From Acidobacteriota bacterium (GTDB lineage Bacteria; Acidobacteriota; Vicinamibacteria; Vicinamibacterales; UBA2999): DNA of 64,000 nt. Made by a program: the position numbers and the translations under genes. The notes below the pieces were generated by a model. It made no database searches and was not told the DNA's origin. It saw only the letters and a list, made by a program, of their open reading frames with translations. The stretch is taken from NCBI GenBank assembly GCA_016789705.1, contig JAEUQR010000158.1, positions 6,550 to 70,549 on the forward strand, given 5' to 3'. Positions 40,032 to 49,687 of this stretch are shown here, one piece after another (the stretch's first letter is position 1; each line of letters starts with the position of its first letter).

Positions 40032-41885
40032 ATGTCACGTCCAGGTTTTCTCGACGCCCTCGCCTCCCGTGTGCTCGTCTGCGACGGCGCGATGGGCACC
40101 CAGCTGTACGGCCGGGGTGTCTTCATCAATCGCTGCTTCGAGTCGCTCAACACGTCGCAGCCCGACCTCGTGAGCGAGGTGCACCGCGAGTACCTGGCGG
40201 CCGGCGCCGATGTCATCGAGACCAACACGTTCGGCGCCTCGCGGCTGAAGCTGCGCGCCTTCGGTCTCGGCGATGAGGTGCATGCCATCAACCTGGCCGG
40301 CGCCCGCCTGGCGCGGGCGGCCGCGGGCGATGCGGCATACGTAGCCGGCGCGATCGGGCCGCTCGGCGTGCGCATCGAGCCGTGGGGCAAGACCGGCGTG
40401 GATGAAGCGCGCGAGTACTTCCGCGAGCAGGCAGCCGCGCTCGTCGAAGGGGGCGTCGATCTGCTGATGCTCGAGACGTTCCGCGACTGGAACGAAGCAG
40501 CGGCGGCGGTGGACGCGGTGCGCGCCGTCTGCGACCTGCCGATCGTGGCGCAGGTCACGACCGAGGAGGACGGCAACAGCCTTGATGGCACGCCGCCGGA
40601 GCAGTTCGGTCCGGCGCTGCTCGCCCGCGGCGCGAACGTCGTGGGCGTGAACTGCAGCGTGGGCCCGGCGCCGATGCTCGAGACGGTCGAGCGGCTCGCC
40701 GATGCCTGTGGCGCGACGCCACTCTCGGCGCAGCCGAACGCCGGCAAGCCGCGCGACATCGAAGGCCGCAACATCTACCTGTGCTCGCCGGAATACATGG
40801 CGTCGTATGCGCGGCGTTTCATCGCCGCCGGCGTGCGGCTCGTGGGCGGCTGCTGCGGCACGACGCCCGAGCACATCCGCCAGATCGCGCTCGCCGTGAA
40901 GCAGCTGGCGCCGGATTCCACCCGCCCGCCGGGGGATGCCCGCCACCGTGCGGTCACCGTCGAGACGCCGATGGCGCGCACGCCGGTGCCGCGGGCCGAC
41001 AAGTCGGTCGTCGGCGCGAAGCTCTCCGCCGGCACCTTCATCACCGGCGTCGAACTCGTGCCGCCCCGCGGCCATGCCGCAGCCGATGCGCTCGCCGCGG
41101 CGCGCCTGGCCGCCGGCCGCGGCATCGACCTGGTGCTCGTGTCGGACGCCCCGCGCGGCGGCGCCCGCGTGGGCGCACTGGCGCTGGCCGCGCTCATCCG
41201 GCAACAGGGCGGCATCGAGCCGCTGCTCCAGTACTCCTGCCGCGACCGCAACCTGCTCGGCATCCAGTCCGACCTGCTCGGCGCGCACGCCATGGGCGTC
41301 CGCAACATCCTCGGCATCACCGGCGACGTCCGCAAGATCGGTGACATCCCCGACGCTACGGCGGTCTTCGACGTGGACTCGGTGGGCCTGACCCACGTGC
41401 TGAGCCGTCTCAATCACGGCCTCGACATCGCCGGGCAGCCGATTGGCGAGCCCACGGGGCTGCTGGCCGGTGTGATGGTGAATCCGGCAGCCGCGGACCT
41501 CGATCGCGAGCTCCGCCGCTTCGAATACAAGGTGGAGGCCGGCGCCGAGTTCGTGGTCACGCGGCCGGTCTTCGACGTGTCCGCCTTCGAACGCTTCCTG
41601 CGCCGCGTCGAGCACCTGAAGATCCCCGTGGTGGCCGGGCTCTGGCCCTTCGATTCGCCCCTGAACGCCGAGTTCATGGCCAACGAAGTGCCGGACGTCG
41701 TCGTGCCGTTGACGCTCGTCGAGCGGATGCGTGCAGCTACGGGAGCCGATGAGGCCCGCCGTGAGGGCGTGAAGATTGCAAAGGAACTGCTGGACGCGCT
41801 GCGTCCGATGACGGCCGGTGTGGTCGTGTCCACGCCGGCGGGGCGGGTGGAACGGGCACTCGAGGTCGTGTCAGCCGCGGTGTGA
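40032..41885 (+). CDS. Bifunctional homocysteine S-methyltransferase / methylenetetrahydrofolate reductase (YitJ-like)
   Basis: DGAMGT, ETNTFGA, GVNC, GGCCGTTPEHI, then CRDRNL MTHFR domain. Confidence 0.92.
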   Translation: MSRPGFLDALASRVLVCDGAMGTQLYGRGVFINRCFESLNTSQPDLVSEVHREYLAAGADVIETNTFGASRLKLRAFGLGDEVHAINLAGARLARAAAGDAAYVAGAIGPLGVRIEPWGKTGVDEAREYFREQAAALVEGGVDLLMLETFRDWNEAAAAVDAVRAVCDLPIVAQVTTEEDGNSLDGTPPEQFGPALLARGANVVGVNCSVGPAPMLETVERLADACGATPLSAQPNAGKPRDIEGRNIYLCSPEYMASYARRFIAAGVRLVGGCCGTTPEHIRQIALAVKQLAPDSTRPPGDARHRAVTVETPMARTPVPRADKSVVGAKLSAGTFITGVELVPPRGHAAADALAAARLAAGRGIDLVLVSDAPRGGARVGALALAALIRQQGGIEPLLQYSCRDRNLLGIQSDLLGAHAMGVRNILGITGDVRKIGDIPDATAVFDVDSVGLTHVLSRLNHGLDIAGQPIGEPTGLLAGVMVNPAAADLDRELRRFEYKVEAGAEFVVTRPVFDVSAFERFLRRVEHLKIPVVAGLWPFDSPLNAEFMANEVPDVVVPLTLVERMRAATGADEARREGVKIAKELLDALRPMTAGVVVSTPAGRVERALEVVSAAV

Positions 41886-41958
41886 GCGGCGCCCGAGTGC
41901 CCCGGCACGGCACGGATCGGTTCTGGTATAGTGCCGACGACGCCCGGGAGGGTCCCGA

Positions 41959-42654
41959 ATGGCTATGTTCAGTGAGCGCCAGGACGAGAAGTACATGGGA
42001 GGCGACGCCGCGACGCAGGCGCTGTCGTCCACCGTGGTCGAGAACGCGTTCGTCGAACGCGTCTACGAGAAGATCTCGGGTGTCTACGACCTGACGTTCG
42101 GACCCACGCTGCACCCCGGCCGGCTCCAGGCATTCGAGCGCATGATCATCGCCGAGGGGTCGTCGATTCTGGAAGTGGGCGTCGGCACCGGCATCAACCT
42201 GCGGCACTACCCGCGGTCGTGCCAGGTGGTGGGCATCGACCTGTCGGCCGGCATGCTCGAGAAGGCCCGCGAACGCATCGCGAAGAACGGGCTGCGCAAC
42301 GTGCGCGTGCTCGAGATGGACGCCGCCAAGCTCACCTTCGAAGACAACAGCTTCGACACGGTCTACGCGCCGTATCTCATCAGCGTCGTGCCCGACCCGG
42401 TCGCCGTCGTCCGCGAAATGCGCCGCGTGTGCAAGCCCGGCGGCCGCATCGTCATCCTGAATCACTTCAAGAGCGAGAACGCGGTGCTGTCGAAGATCGA
42501 AACGGCCATCTCGCCGCTCTGCGTGCACATCGGCTTCAAGTCGGATCTGGATCTGCCGCGCTTTCTCGAGCAGGCGGAACTGCGGCCGATCTCCATCGAC
42601 AAGGTGAACCTGCTGTCGATGTGGTCGCTCGTGACCTGCGTCAAAGACGCGTAA
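41959..42654 (+). CDS. Class I SAM methyltransferase, PmtA-like (phospholipid N-methyltransferase)
   Basis: YDLTFG, LEVGVGTG, ISVVPDP, KPGG..VILNHF; upstream TGgTATAGT. Confidence 0.8.
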   Translation: MAMFSERQDEKYMGGDAATQALSSTVVENAFVERVYEKISGVYDLTFGPTLHPGRLQAFERMIIAEGSSILEVGVGTGINLRHYPRSCQVVGIDLSAGMLEKARERIAKNGLRNVRVLEMDAAKLTFEDNSFDTVYAPYLISVVPDPVAVVREMRRVCKPGGRIVILNHFKSENAVLSKIETAISPLCVHIGFKSDLDLPRFLEQAELRPISIDKVNLLSMWSLVTCVKDA

Positions 42655-42676
42655 AGGCACGCGCTCAGGATCGGCC

Positions 42677-42709
42677 CGCGACCCGCTCGCCACTGGCGTG
42701 CGGGTCGTG
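42677..42709 (+). terminator. Hairpin downstream of the PmtA-like gene
   Basis: CGCGACCCGC-TCGCC-ACT-GGCGT-GCGGGTCGTG. Confidence 0.45.
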
Positions 42710-42896
42710 CTGCGTACGGAGACGTTCGCTCCAACTGCAGGCGCCGCCCGGCGGGCTCGGAACGTCCCGCTGCCGTTCGCCGGCCCTTCGAGGCGGTCCC
42801 GCCTTGAAGGGCGAGGCAAGGAGCGCCGAGGCCTCTGTGACTGTGTCTCCCGACCGATGCGTCCCCCAACTGCCCGCCGGCGCCACTCGCCGGGCA

Positions 42897-43455
42897 CTAC
42901 TTCGTGACTCGCTCCCACGTCAAACGAGTGTCGACCACGGGCGGGTTGTTCTCTGCCGGGTCGACACTCAGCACCACGCGGTCCGGCCCTTCGAACGTGA
43001 ACCAGCGTTTCCGCGTGGCCCCGATCATGTTGGGGGTCTTGTCGACTTCCACGCGATGAAGGACGAATCCTTCCTTCGCGTGCACCTCGACGGCGGCGCA
43101 GTAGGCGCCAAGGCCGGCGATTCCTGAACTCGCCTCTTCTGGTGTCGGCGCATACCCGAGGGGATCCCTCTTACCACCCATGTTCCACATGGAGCGATTG
43201 GGATCCATGCTGACGTAACACATGCCCCCCAATGTCCGTGTAGATGATCTAGCCCACGCTCAGTGGGCTCTGTCGCAGCGTTCCGTCCGCGAGGCGTTGC
43301 TGATACGACACGAGCCGCCACATCCCGACAAATTGCCTCGCGATTGCCGCCTCGTCTCTGGACTGAGCGCCTGCCTCGAGCCACGCAGTGTGGGCCGGGT
43401 AGAACGAGACGGCGCACGCGCCCACGATCGCGAGTCGCAGATGCTGCAATCTCAC
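42897..43455 (-). pseudogene. Lipocalin-like domain protein, disrupted
   Basis: FVGMWRLVSY ... G*IIYTD then frameshift in a G6 run into MCYVSMDPNR ... LTWERV; lower GC than flanks. Confidence 0.75.
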
Positions 43456-43585
43456 GCTTGCTCCGTTGAAGAAATGGCGGCGAACAGCATTGGACAGGGC
43501 GCCGTGGTCCCCCGCGGCCGCCTGATTCGCTTATGCCGTGGTCGTCCGGCTCGTCGGCATGGGCGCGGCGGCGATTTCGCGGCGC

Positions 43586-44866
43586 TTACGACGTCGCGAA
43601 CGGGTTCTCGAGCGAGCGGCTCTGCGGCGTCATCAGCTCGGCGCCGGTCTCCGTGATGTACATGTCGTCTTCGAGGCGCACGCCGAATTCACCCGTGATG
43701 TAGATGCCTGGTTCGTCGCTGAAGACCATGCCGGGGGCGAGGGGCAGCGTGTTGCCCTTCACGAGGTACGGCCATTCGTGGCCGTCCATCCCCATGCCGT
43801 GGCCCACACGGTGTGTGAAGTACTTGTAGCCGGGGCCGTAGCCGGCATCTTCGATCACCTTGCGGGCGGCGGCGTCCACCGCCTCACACGGCACGCCGGG
43901 GCGTGCCGCCTTGAGGGCCGCGGTCTGCGCGGCGAACTCGATGTCGAAGACCTTCTTCATCTTGTCGGTGGCCTTGCCGAGCACGAACGTGCGGCTGATG
44001 TCCGACTGGTAACCTTCCACCGCGCAGCCGCCGTCGATGAGGATGATCGTGCCTTCTTTGATCACCTGCGGCTGAATCGAGCCGTGGGGGAGTGCGGAGA
44101 ACTCCGCCGTCTGCGCGCTGGCGTAGCCCGGGTAGCCGAGGCGCGCGTGCGCCTGGGCGATGAGGCCCTGGAACTCGCTCTGCGTCATGCCTTCCTTGAG
44201 CGACTTGTAGGCGGCTTCGTACGCCTTGAGCGTGACCGCGCAGGCGAACTTCATCAGGTCGAGTTCGTGCGCGTCCTTGTAGATGCGGCAGCCGGCCGTG
44301 ACAGGCGTGCCGCTCACGAGCGTGAGACCGGGCGCGGCCTTGGCCACGCCGTCCACGAACATGTGGCGCACGGTTTCCTCGACGCCGAGGCGGCCCGTGG
44401 TGATGCCGCGATCCTTCAGGCCCTGCGCCAGGCGCTCGTAGGGGCTCTCGTGTTCTTCCCACGTGCGCACGTCGGCGGTGCCGGTGAAGGGGCTCGTGGC
44501 GAACTGCTCGCGGGCGCGATCTTCCTCGAAGGCGGGGCAGACCACGAAGGGCTCGCCGTTCTTCGGAATCACCAGCGAGAACAGACGTTCGCTGAGGCCC
44601 CACTGGATGCCGCTGAAGTAGACGAGCGATGTGCCGCCGGTCAGCATCAGCGCGTCGATCTTCTGCTCGGCCATGAGCCGGCGCGCTTTCTCCACGCGTC
44701 CCTTCCGCTCGTCGCGCGTGATCGGCTTCGCCGTGCCGCGCATCGAGGTCAGCGCGGCGATGGGCGCCGGCATCGACGCCGCCTGTTCGGCCTCTGCCGT
44801 GCGGGTGGTGGCGAGGGCGCCGGCAGCGAGAGCGCCGGAGGTGATGAGCGAGCGGCGGGAAATCAT
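43586..44866 (-). CDS. Xaa-Pro aminopeptidase family (M24) with Tat signal
   Basis: SRRSLI, HGS, DGG...SDISRT, HRVGHGMG, HE, EPGIY, GVRLED. Confidence 0.92.
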   Translation of the reverse strand: MISRRSLITSGALAAGALATTRTAEAEQAASMPAPIAALTSMRGTAKPITRDERKGRVEKARRLMAEQKIDALMLTGGTSLVYFSGIQWGLSERLFSLVIPKNGEPFVVCPAFEEDRAREQFATSPFTGTADVRTWEEHESPYERLAQGLKDRGITTGRLGVEETVRHMFVDGVAKAAPGLTLVSGTPVTAGCRIYKDAHELDLMKFACAVTLKAYEAAYKSLKEGMTQSEFQGLIAQAHARLGYPGYASAQTAEFSALPHGSIQPQVIKEGTIILIDGGCAVEGYQSDISRTFVLGKATDKMKKVFDIEFAAQTAALKAARPGVPCEAVDAAARKVIEDAGYGPGYKYFTHRVGHGMGMDGHEWPYLVKGNTLPLAPGMVFSDEPGIYITGEFGVRLEDDMYITETGAELMTPQSRSLENPFATS

Positions 44867-44909
44867 GAAGGCTCCTGAGGTGCGATTGCGGCCGAGAGCA
44901 GACGCCGCG

Positions 44910-44937
44910 ATTGTAGCAACGTCGCCACCGCAGTCAA
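44910..44937 (-). promoter_or_regulatory. Putative sigma-70 promoter of the M24 peptidase
   Basis: TTGACT-16 nt-TACAAT with extended TG. Confidence 0.6.
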
Positions 44938-44970
44938 CCCGCGAATCGACTCAGCGGTGCCGGTGTGTCA

Positions 44971-44999
44971 TTGACTAAGTGGGTTAGCTAGGCTACGCT
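44971..44999 (+). promoter_or_regulatory. Putative sigma-70 promoter of the TA operon
   Basis: TTGACT-17 nt-TACGCT; contains the short inverted repeat CTAA-N5-TTAG (possible operator). Confidence 0.65.
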
Positions 45000-45008
45000 G
45001 GTTGGGTC

Positions 45009-45254
45009 ATGAAGGCCGCACTCAGTGTCAACGTGCACCAGGCCAAGACCGAGCTGTCGAAGCTGCTCAAAGAGGTCGAACAGGGGCGCGAGGTGGTCAT
45101 CGCGCGAAACGGTCAGCCGGTCGCCAGGCTCGTGCCGTTCCCCGCGTCCGCCGCGAAGCGTTTCTGCGTCGACACGTGGCGGGGGCGCATCCGGATCGCT
45201 CCGGACTTCGACACGCCGCTGACGGAAGCCGAGCTGGCGGAGTGGGGCGCGTGA
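45009..45254 (+). CDS. Phd/YefM family antitoxin
   Basis: NVHQAKTELSKLL..VEQG.EVVIARNGQPVARLVP; PDFDTPL. Confidence 0.92.
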   Translation: MKAALSVNVHQAKTELSKLLKEVEQGREVVIARNGQPVARLVPFPASAAKRFCVDTWRGRIRIAPDFDTPLTEAELAEWGA

Positions 45255-45646
45255 CATATCTGCTCGACACGCACTGCTGGCTCTGGCTGAAGGCGGATGC
45301 CAGCCGCCTGCCATCGCCGCTTCGGCGCAAGCTCCTGCGGCAACCAGCCGACCTCGTGCTGTCGAGCGTCTGCGTCATGGAGCTCGTGATCAAGCAGTCC
45401 ACAGGTAAGCTGTCGCTCGGGGCCGGCGGCACACGGCAATTCGTTGCCGAACTCATCGACGATGGTGTCTCCACCCTCGAGGCCGGCGTCGAGCACATGC
45501 TGCGGATGGAGCTCCTGCCGCCTCGCCATCGCGACCCGTTCGATCGATTGCTCGTCGCGCAGGCGCTCGTCGAAGGGCTGACACTCGTCAGTGCCGATCC
45601 GCAGGTGCTCGGCTACGACGTGAAAACGCTCGATGCTCGGAAGTAG
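45251..45646 (+). CDS. vapC: VapC family PIN-domain toxin
   Basis: LLDTH, E, HRDPFDRLLVAQA, SAD; GTGA coupling to the antitoxin. Confidence 0.92.
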   Translation: MTYLLDTHCWLWLKADASRLPSPLRRKLLRQPADLVLSSVCVMELVIKQSTGKLSLGAGGTRQFVAELIDDGVSTLEAGVEHMLRMELLPPRHRDPFDRLLVAQALVEGLTLVSADPQVLGYDVKTLDARK

Positions 45647-45657
45647 GTGCGCCGCCG

Positions 45658-46773
45658 TCAGTTGAGCTGCGCGAGGATCCAGCGCGCCGCCACCTCGGCG
45701 CCGTCCACGGCTGCGCGCGTAGCGGGACCCGGGGTGGCGATGAGCTGGTCGAGCGCCGTCTGCCAGTGGCCCGTGAGGATCTCGGCCTGCGCCAGATACG
45801 CGCAGCGCACGTAGCGCGGCATCTCGCGCACGAGCACGCCGTATTCGATGAACTGGCCGCGATCGGTGTAGAGCAGCGCCGTGTCATTGGCCGCACACTC
45901 GCTGATGATGCCGTAGCCGGGTTTCGTGACCACGACGTCCACCGCTGCCACCACGTCTTCGTAGCGCAGGCCCATCGCGTACATCGCCGGTTCGTCGAGC
46001 GGATGCAGCGCGCCCCGGGCGGCTACCTGGGCGAGCGGCACGCGGTCGGGCCCGAAGGGCACGCTCGCGCTCACGAGCAGCGACCAGCCCCCGGTGCGGC
46101 TGAGCGCGTCGAGGTCGATACCCGACACGCCGTAGCCGCCGAACGACACGAGCGCCAGCCGGCCCCCGGGGAGACCCAGGCGCGCGCGCGTCTCCGCGGG
46201 CGCGTACCGGGCCCGCCGGGCGATGAGCGGCAGATCGATGATCTCCGGGATCGTCTCGAAGCCGCCGCAGAGCGGCAGCCGAAAGGCGCGTCCGCCGCGG
46301 CGATAGACCGCGCCGAGTGCGTCGGCCGCCGCGGCGCCGCTTGGATAGTCGCGGAAGATCCAGTCCCACGTGAAGTTGCCGAGCGCCATTGCCGGCACGC
46401 CGGCCAGGCGTGCGGCCTCCAGCGCGAGCGGCGGGATGTCGGCCATCACGAAGGCCGCATCCACGGCGCGCAGCGCCTCGGCTTCCCGCGCGGCGAGCAC
46501 CGGCAGGTCGCGCACGTAGGCATCGGCCCGGCGGATGGTCTCGGCGGCGTCGAGGCTCAGGCTGTCGTGCTGCACGACGCCCGGGTCGGTCGTGAGCACG
46601 TCGAACACGAACGGCCCGCGCACCGTGAGGTCGAAGAGCCAGCGCGGTGCCGCCGTGCGGATGTGGATCGGCAGATCGGGGGCGAGCGCCAGCAGCGCGT
46701 TCACTACCTCGATCGACCGTGAGGCATGGCCGAAGCCATGGCCCGAGATGTAGTAGACGAGCGGGCGCGGCAT
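45658..46773 (-). CDS. GT-B fold glycosyltransferase-like protein (resembles the arabinokinase N-terminal domain)
   Basis: YYISGHGFGHASR, NFTWDWI, VSFGG, DVVVTKPGYGIISEC. Confidence 0.75.
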   Translation of the reverse strand: MPRPLVYYISGHGFGHASRSIEVVNALLALAPDLPIHIRTAAPRWLFDLTVRGPFVFDVLTTDPGVVQHDSLSLDAAETIRRADAYVRDLPVLAAREAEALRAVDAAFVMADIPPLALEAARLAGVPAMALGNFTWDWIFRDYPSGAAAADALGAVYRRGGRAFRLPLCGGFETIPEIIDLPLIARRARYAPAETRARLGLPGGRLALVSFGGYGVSGIDLDALSRTGGWSLLVSASVPFGPDRVPLAQVAARGALHPLDEPAMYAMGLRYEDVVAAVDVVVTKPGYGIISECAANDTALLYTDRGQFIEYGVLVREMPRYVRCAYLAQAEILTGHWQTALDQLIATPGPATRAAVDGAEVAARWILAQLN

Positions 46774-46780
46774 GCGCGGC

Positions 46781-49168
46781 TTACGCGTCCACGTCCTGCG
46801 GGCCGTGCGCCACCGCCGGCACGGCCAGCTCCGGCGCCGGACCGAGCGCGGCTGCCAGTACGTCTTCCAGCGTGCGCGCGAACACGAACGTCATGTCGCG
46901 GCGCAGTTCCTCGGGGATGTCGATGAGGTCGGGCTCGTTGAGCGCCGGCAGGATCACGGTCTTCACGCCGAATCGGCGCGCGGCGAGCGCTTTCTCGCGG
47001 ATGCCGCCCACCGGCAGCACGAGGCCGCTCAGCGTGATTTCGCCCGTCATCGCCACGTCCTCACGCACCGCGCGTCCGGTCGCGGCCGAGAGAATCGCCG
47101 TGGCCATCGTGACGCCGGCCGAGGGGCCGTCTTTCGGAATGGCGCCGGCCGGCACGTGCAGGTGCAGGTCCTTGGCGCGCAGGAAGGCCGGGTCCACGCC
47201 GAGCTGCTCGGCCTGCGCGCGGATGTGGCTGACGGCGGCACGGGCCGATTCCTGCATCACGTTCCCGAGCTGGCCGGTCAGGATGATCTGCTCGTGCCCG
47301 CCGGGCAGGAGCGACGCTTCGATGAAGAGCACGTCGCCGCCGGCTTCGGTCCAGGCAAGGCCGGTGGCGACGCCAGGCGTGGACGTGCGGAACGCCACTT
47401 CCCTCTTGAAGCGCGCCGGGCCGAGGTAGTCGTCCACGTGCTCCGCGCTCACCGTCGTGGCCGGCACGGCCGTGCCCTCAGGCGCCGAGGCCACGCGCGC
47501 CGCCACTTTGCGCGACACCGCGCCGATGAGCCGCTCGAGGCTCCGCACGCCGGCCTCCCGTGTGTATTCCGAGACGATGACGCTGAGCGCGCTGTCGTCG
47601 ATCGCGAGCGCGTCGGCGGTGAGGCCGTGTTCCGACAGCTGGCGCGGGATGAGGTACCGCCGCGCGATGTGCAGCTTGTCTTCCTCGGTGTAGCCCGAGA
47701 GCTGGATGATCTCCATGCGGTCGAGCAGCGCCGGGTGCATCGTGCCGAGCTGGTTGGCCGTGGCGATGAAGAGCACCTTCGAGAGGTCCACCGGCACTTC
47801 CAGGTAGTGATCGCGGAAGTTGTGGTTCTGCGCCGGGTCGAGCACCTCGAGCAGCGCCGCCGCCGGATCGCCCTGGATACCGGCCGCCAGCTTGTCGGCT
47901 TCATCCAGCATGAACACCGGGTTCATCGAGCCGGCCTGCTTGAGCGCCTGCACGATGCGGCCCGGCAGGGCGCCGATGTAGGTGCGGCGGTGACCGCGGA
48001 TTTCGGCTTCGTCGCGCACGCCGCCGAGCGAGATGCGGACGAACTTGCGCTGCATGGCACGGGCGATCGACTGGCCGAGCGACGTCTTGCCCACGCCGGG
48101 CGGCCCGACGAAGCAGAGGATCGGCCCCTTCATGTCGCCCTTGAGCTTGCGGACGGCGAGGTACTCGACGATGCGTTCCTTGACCTTGTCGAGGTCGTAG
48201 TGGTCGTCGTCGAGCACGGCGCGCGCCGCCACCGGGTCGAGCCGGTCCTCGGTGATGGTGGACCACGGCACTTCGAGCACCCAGTCGAGGTAGGTGCGGA
48301 TCATCTGCGACTCGGCGCCGCCGCTCGGGCCCATGCGGCCCAGGCGGTCGAGTTCGCGGTTCACCTGCGTGAGCACCGGCTCGGGCAGCTTCGCCGCCTC
48401 GATCTTCTTGCGCAGGTCGCCGAGGTCGGTGCTCTCGCCTTCGCCAAGTTCTTCCTGAATCGCCTTGAGCTGCTGCCGCAGGTAGTACTGGCGCTGCGAC
48501 TCCGACATCTCGGCCTGCGCCTGCGATTCGATCTTGCCCTTGAGCTCGAGCACCGAGACTTCGCGGGCGAGCATGGCGTGCACGAGCTCGAGCTTCTTGA
48601 GCAGCGGGTCGGCGGCGAGGATGTGCTGTTTCTCGGCGGCCGTGGCGTCGAGCATCGAGCCGAGCAGGTAGGCGAGGCGCAGCGGGTCGTCGATGCCGAG
48701 CACGATCTGCCGCACCTCGGCCGAGGCGCCGGTGGCGAGGCCCACGGCCTTCTCGGCCAGCTCGCGGATGCGGCGTTCGTAGGCCTCCGTCTCGACATCC
48801 TTCTCGAGGCGTTCCGGCAGCGGCTCGACGTTGGCCACGATGGTCGTGCCGGTCTTGCTCACCGTGAGCACGCGCACCCGGGCCACGCCTTCGAAGATGA
48901 TGTTCAGGCCGTGTTCGGCGCGCGCCATCTGGCGCACGATGCAGATCGTGCCGACCGACTCGAGCTGGGCCGGATCGGGCTCGTCGGCGTCGTCCTTCTG
49001 CACGACGAGCAGCAGCATGCGGTCGGTGGTCAGCGCCTTGTTGACCGACTCGATCGACGCCGGACGGTTCACCGCGAGCGGCTGCAGGGTGAGCGGGAAT
49101 GCCACCGTGCGGCGCAGGGGCAGCACGGGCAGCGACGAGGGGATGGGCGGCGTCTGTGGCTCGGGCAT
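46781..49168 (-). CDS. lon: ATP-dependent Lon protease
   Basis: [27 protein letters not shown] (Ser), [16 protein letters not shown] (Lys). Confidence 0.97.
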   Translation of the reverse strand: MPEPQTPPIPSSLPVLPLRRTVAFPLTLQPLAVNRPASIESVNKALTTDRMLLLVVQKDDADEPDPAQLESVGTICIVRQMARAEHGLNIIFEGVARVRVLTVSKTGTTIVANVEPLPERLEKDVETEAYERRIRELAEKAVGLATGASAEVRQIVLGIDDPLRLAYLLGSMLDATAAEKQHILAADPLLKKLELVHAMLAREVSVLELKGKIESQAQAEMSESQRQYYLRQQLKAIQEELGEGESTDLGDLRKKIEAAKLPEPVLTQVNRELDRLGRMGPSGGAESQMIRTYLDWVLEVPWSTITEDRLDPVAARAVLDDDHYDLDKVKERIVEYLAVRKLKGDMKGPILCFVGPPGVGKTSLGQSIARAMQRKFVRISLGGVRDEAEIRGHRRTYIGALPGRIVQALKQAGSMNPVFMLDEADKLAAGIQGDPAAALLEVLDPAQNHNFRDHYLEVPVDLSKVLFIATANQLGTMHPALLDRMEIIQLSGYTEEDKLHIARRYLIPRQLSEHGLTADALAIDDSALSVIVSEYTREAGVRSLERLIGAVSRKVAARVASAPEGTAVPATTVSAEHVDDYLGPARFKREVAFRTSTPGVATGLAWTEAGGDVLFIEASLLPGGHEQIILTGQLGNVMQESARAAVSHIRAQAEQLGVDPAFLRAKDLHLHVPAGAIPKDGPSAGVTMATAILSAATGRAVREDVAMTGEITLSGLVLPVGGIREKALAARRFGVKTVILPALNEPDLIDIPEELRRDMTFVFARTLEDVLAAALGPAPELAVPAVAHGPQDVDA

Positions 49169-49252
49169 GGGGTCGCGGCGTCGCGTACGGGCGGCGTCTC
49201 CTGCGGATCATACGCGCCCGCGCCGGCTGCCGCGACCTGTTAAGATCGCGGG

Positions 49253-49687
49253 ATGGCACTCGACGAACGCGCCTTCTTCAACGAACGGCCCGAACAGCGC
49301 AACGGGCGCTACGCGTGCCCCCGGTGCAAGCGCACGAACGACTACCAGATGCGCTGGATGCGCCGCACGCGGAAGGACCGGGTGCCTCCCAATGCGGACG
49401 AAACCGACCGCGCCAAGTTCCTCAAGTTGCGCGACCACTTGATCCGGGTGGACGACGAGCTCACCTGTAAGACGTGCGGCAAGCGTTTCGAGATTCCGTC
49501 GATGCACTCGCTGGTGTTCGTGGACCAGCTCGACGGCCTGCCGAAGGTCGACGACGAAGACGACGACGCGACGCCGCGGGTCAGTACACCCCAGGCACCA
49601 TCCGCCAGCGCACCCGCCGGCAGTACGCCGAGTACGCCGGCCCCGCGGCAGCGGAAAGGCTACGCTCCTCCCAAGGCATGGCGATAA
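49253..49687 (+). CDS. Hypothetical zinc-ribbon protein
   Basis: CPRC and CKTC pairs; TGtTAAGAT 6 nt before ATG. Confidence 0.75.
   Translation: MALDERAFFNERPEQRNGRYACPRCKRTNDYQMRWMRRTRKDRVPPNADETDRAKFLKLRDHLIRVDDELTCKTCGKRFEIPSMHSLVFVDQLDGLPKVDDEDDDATPRVSTPQAPSASAPAGSTPSTPAPRQRKGYAPPKAWR

Noticed and set aside
43249-43251. In-frame TAG as pyrrolysine or programmed readthrough
   Set aside because: A frameshift follows about 20 bp later and no pyl genes are in the window; pseudogene or error is simpler
46772-49243. 823-aa plus-strand ORF and similar long ORFs (1004-2881, 4397-6667, 22988-25051, 54471-57239, 57668-59218)
   Set aside because: Antisense shadows of well-supported genes; expected at high GC3, with no recognisable motifs
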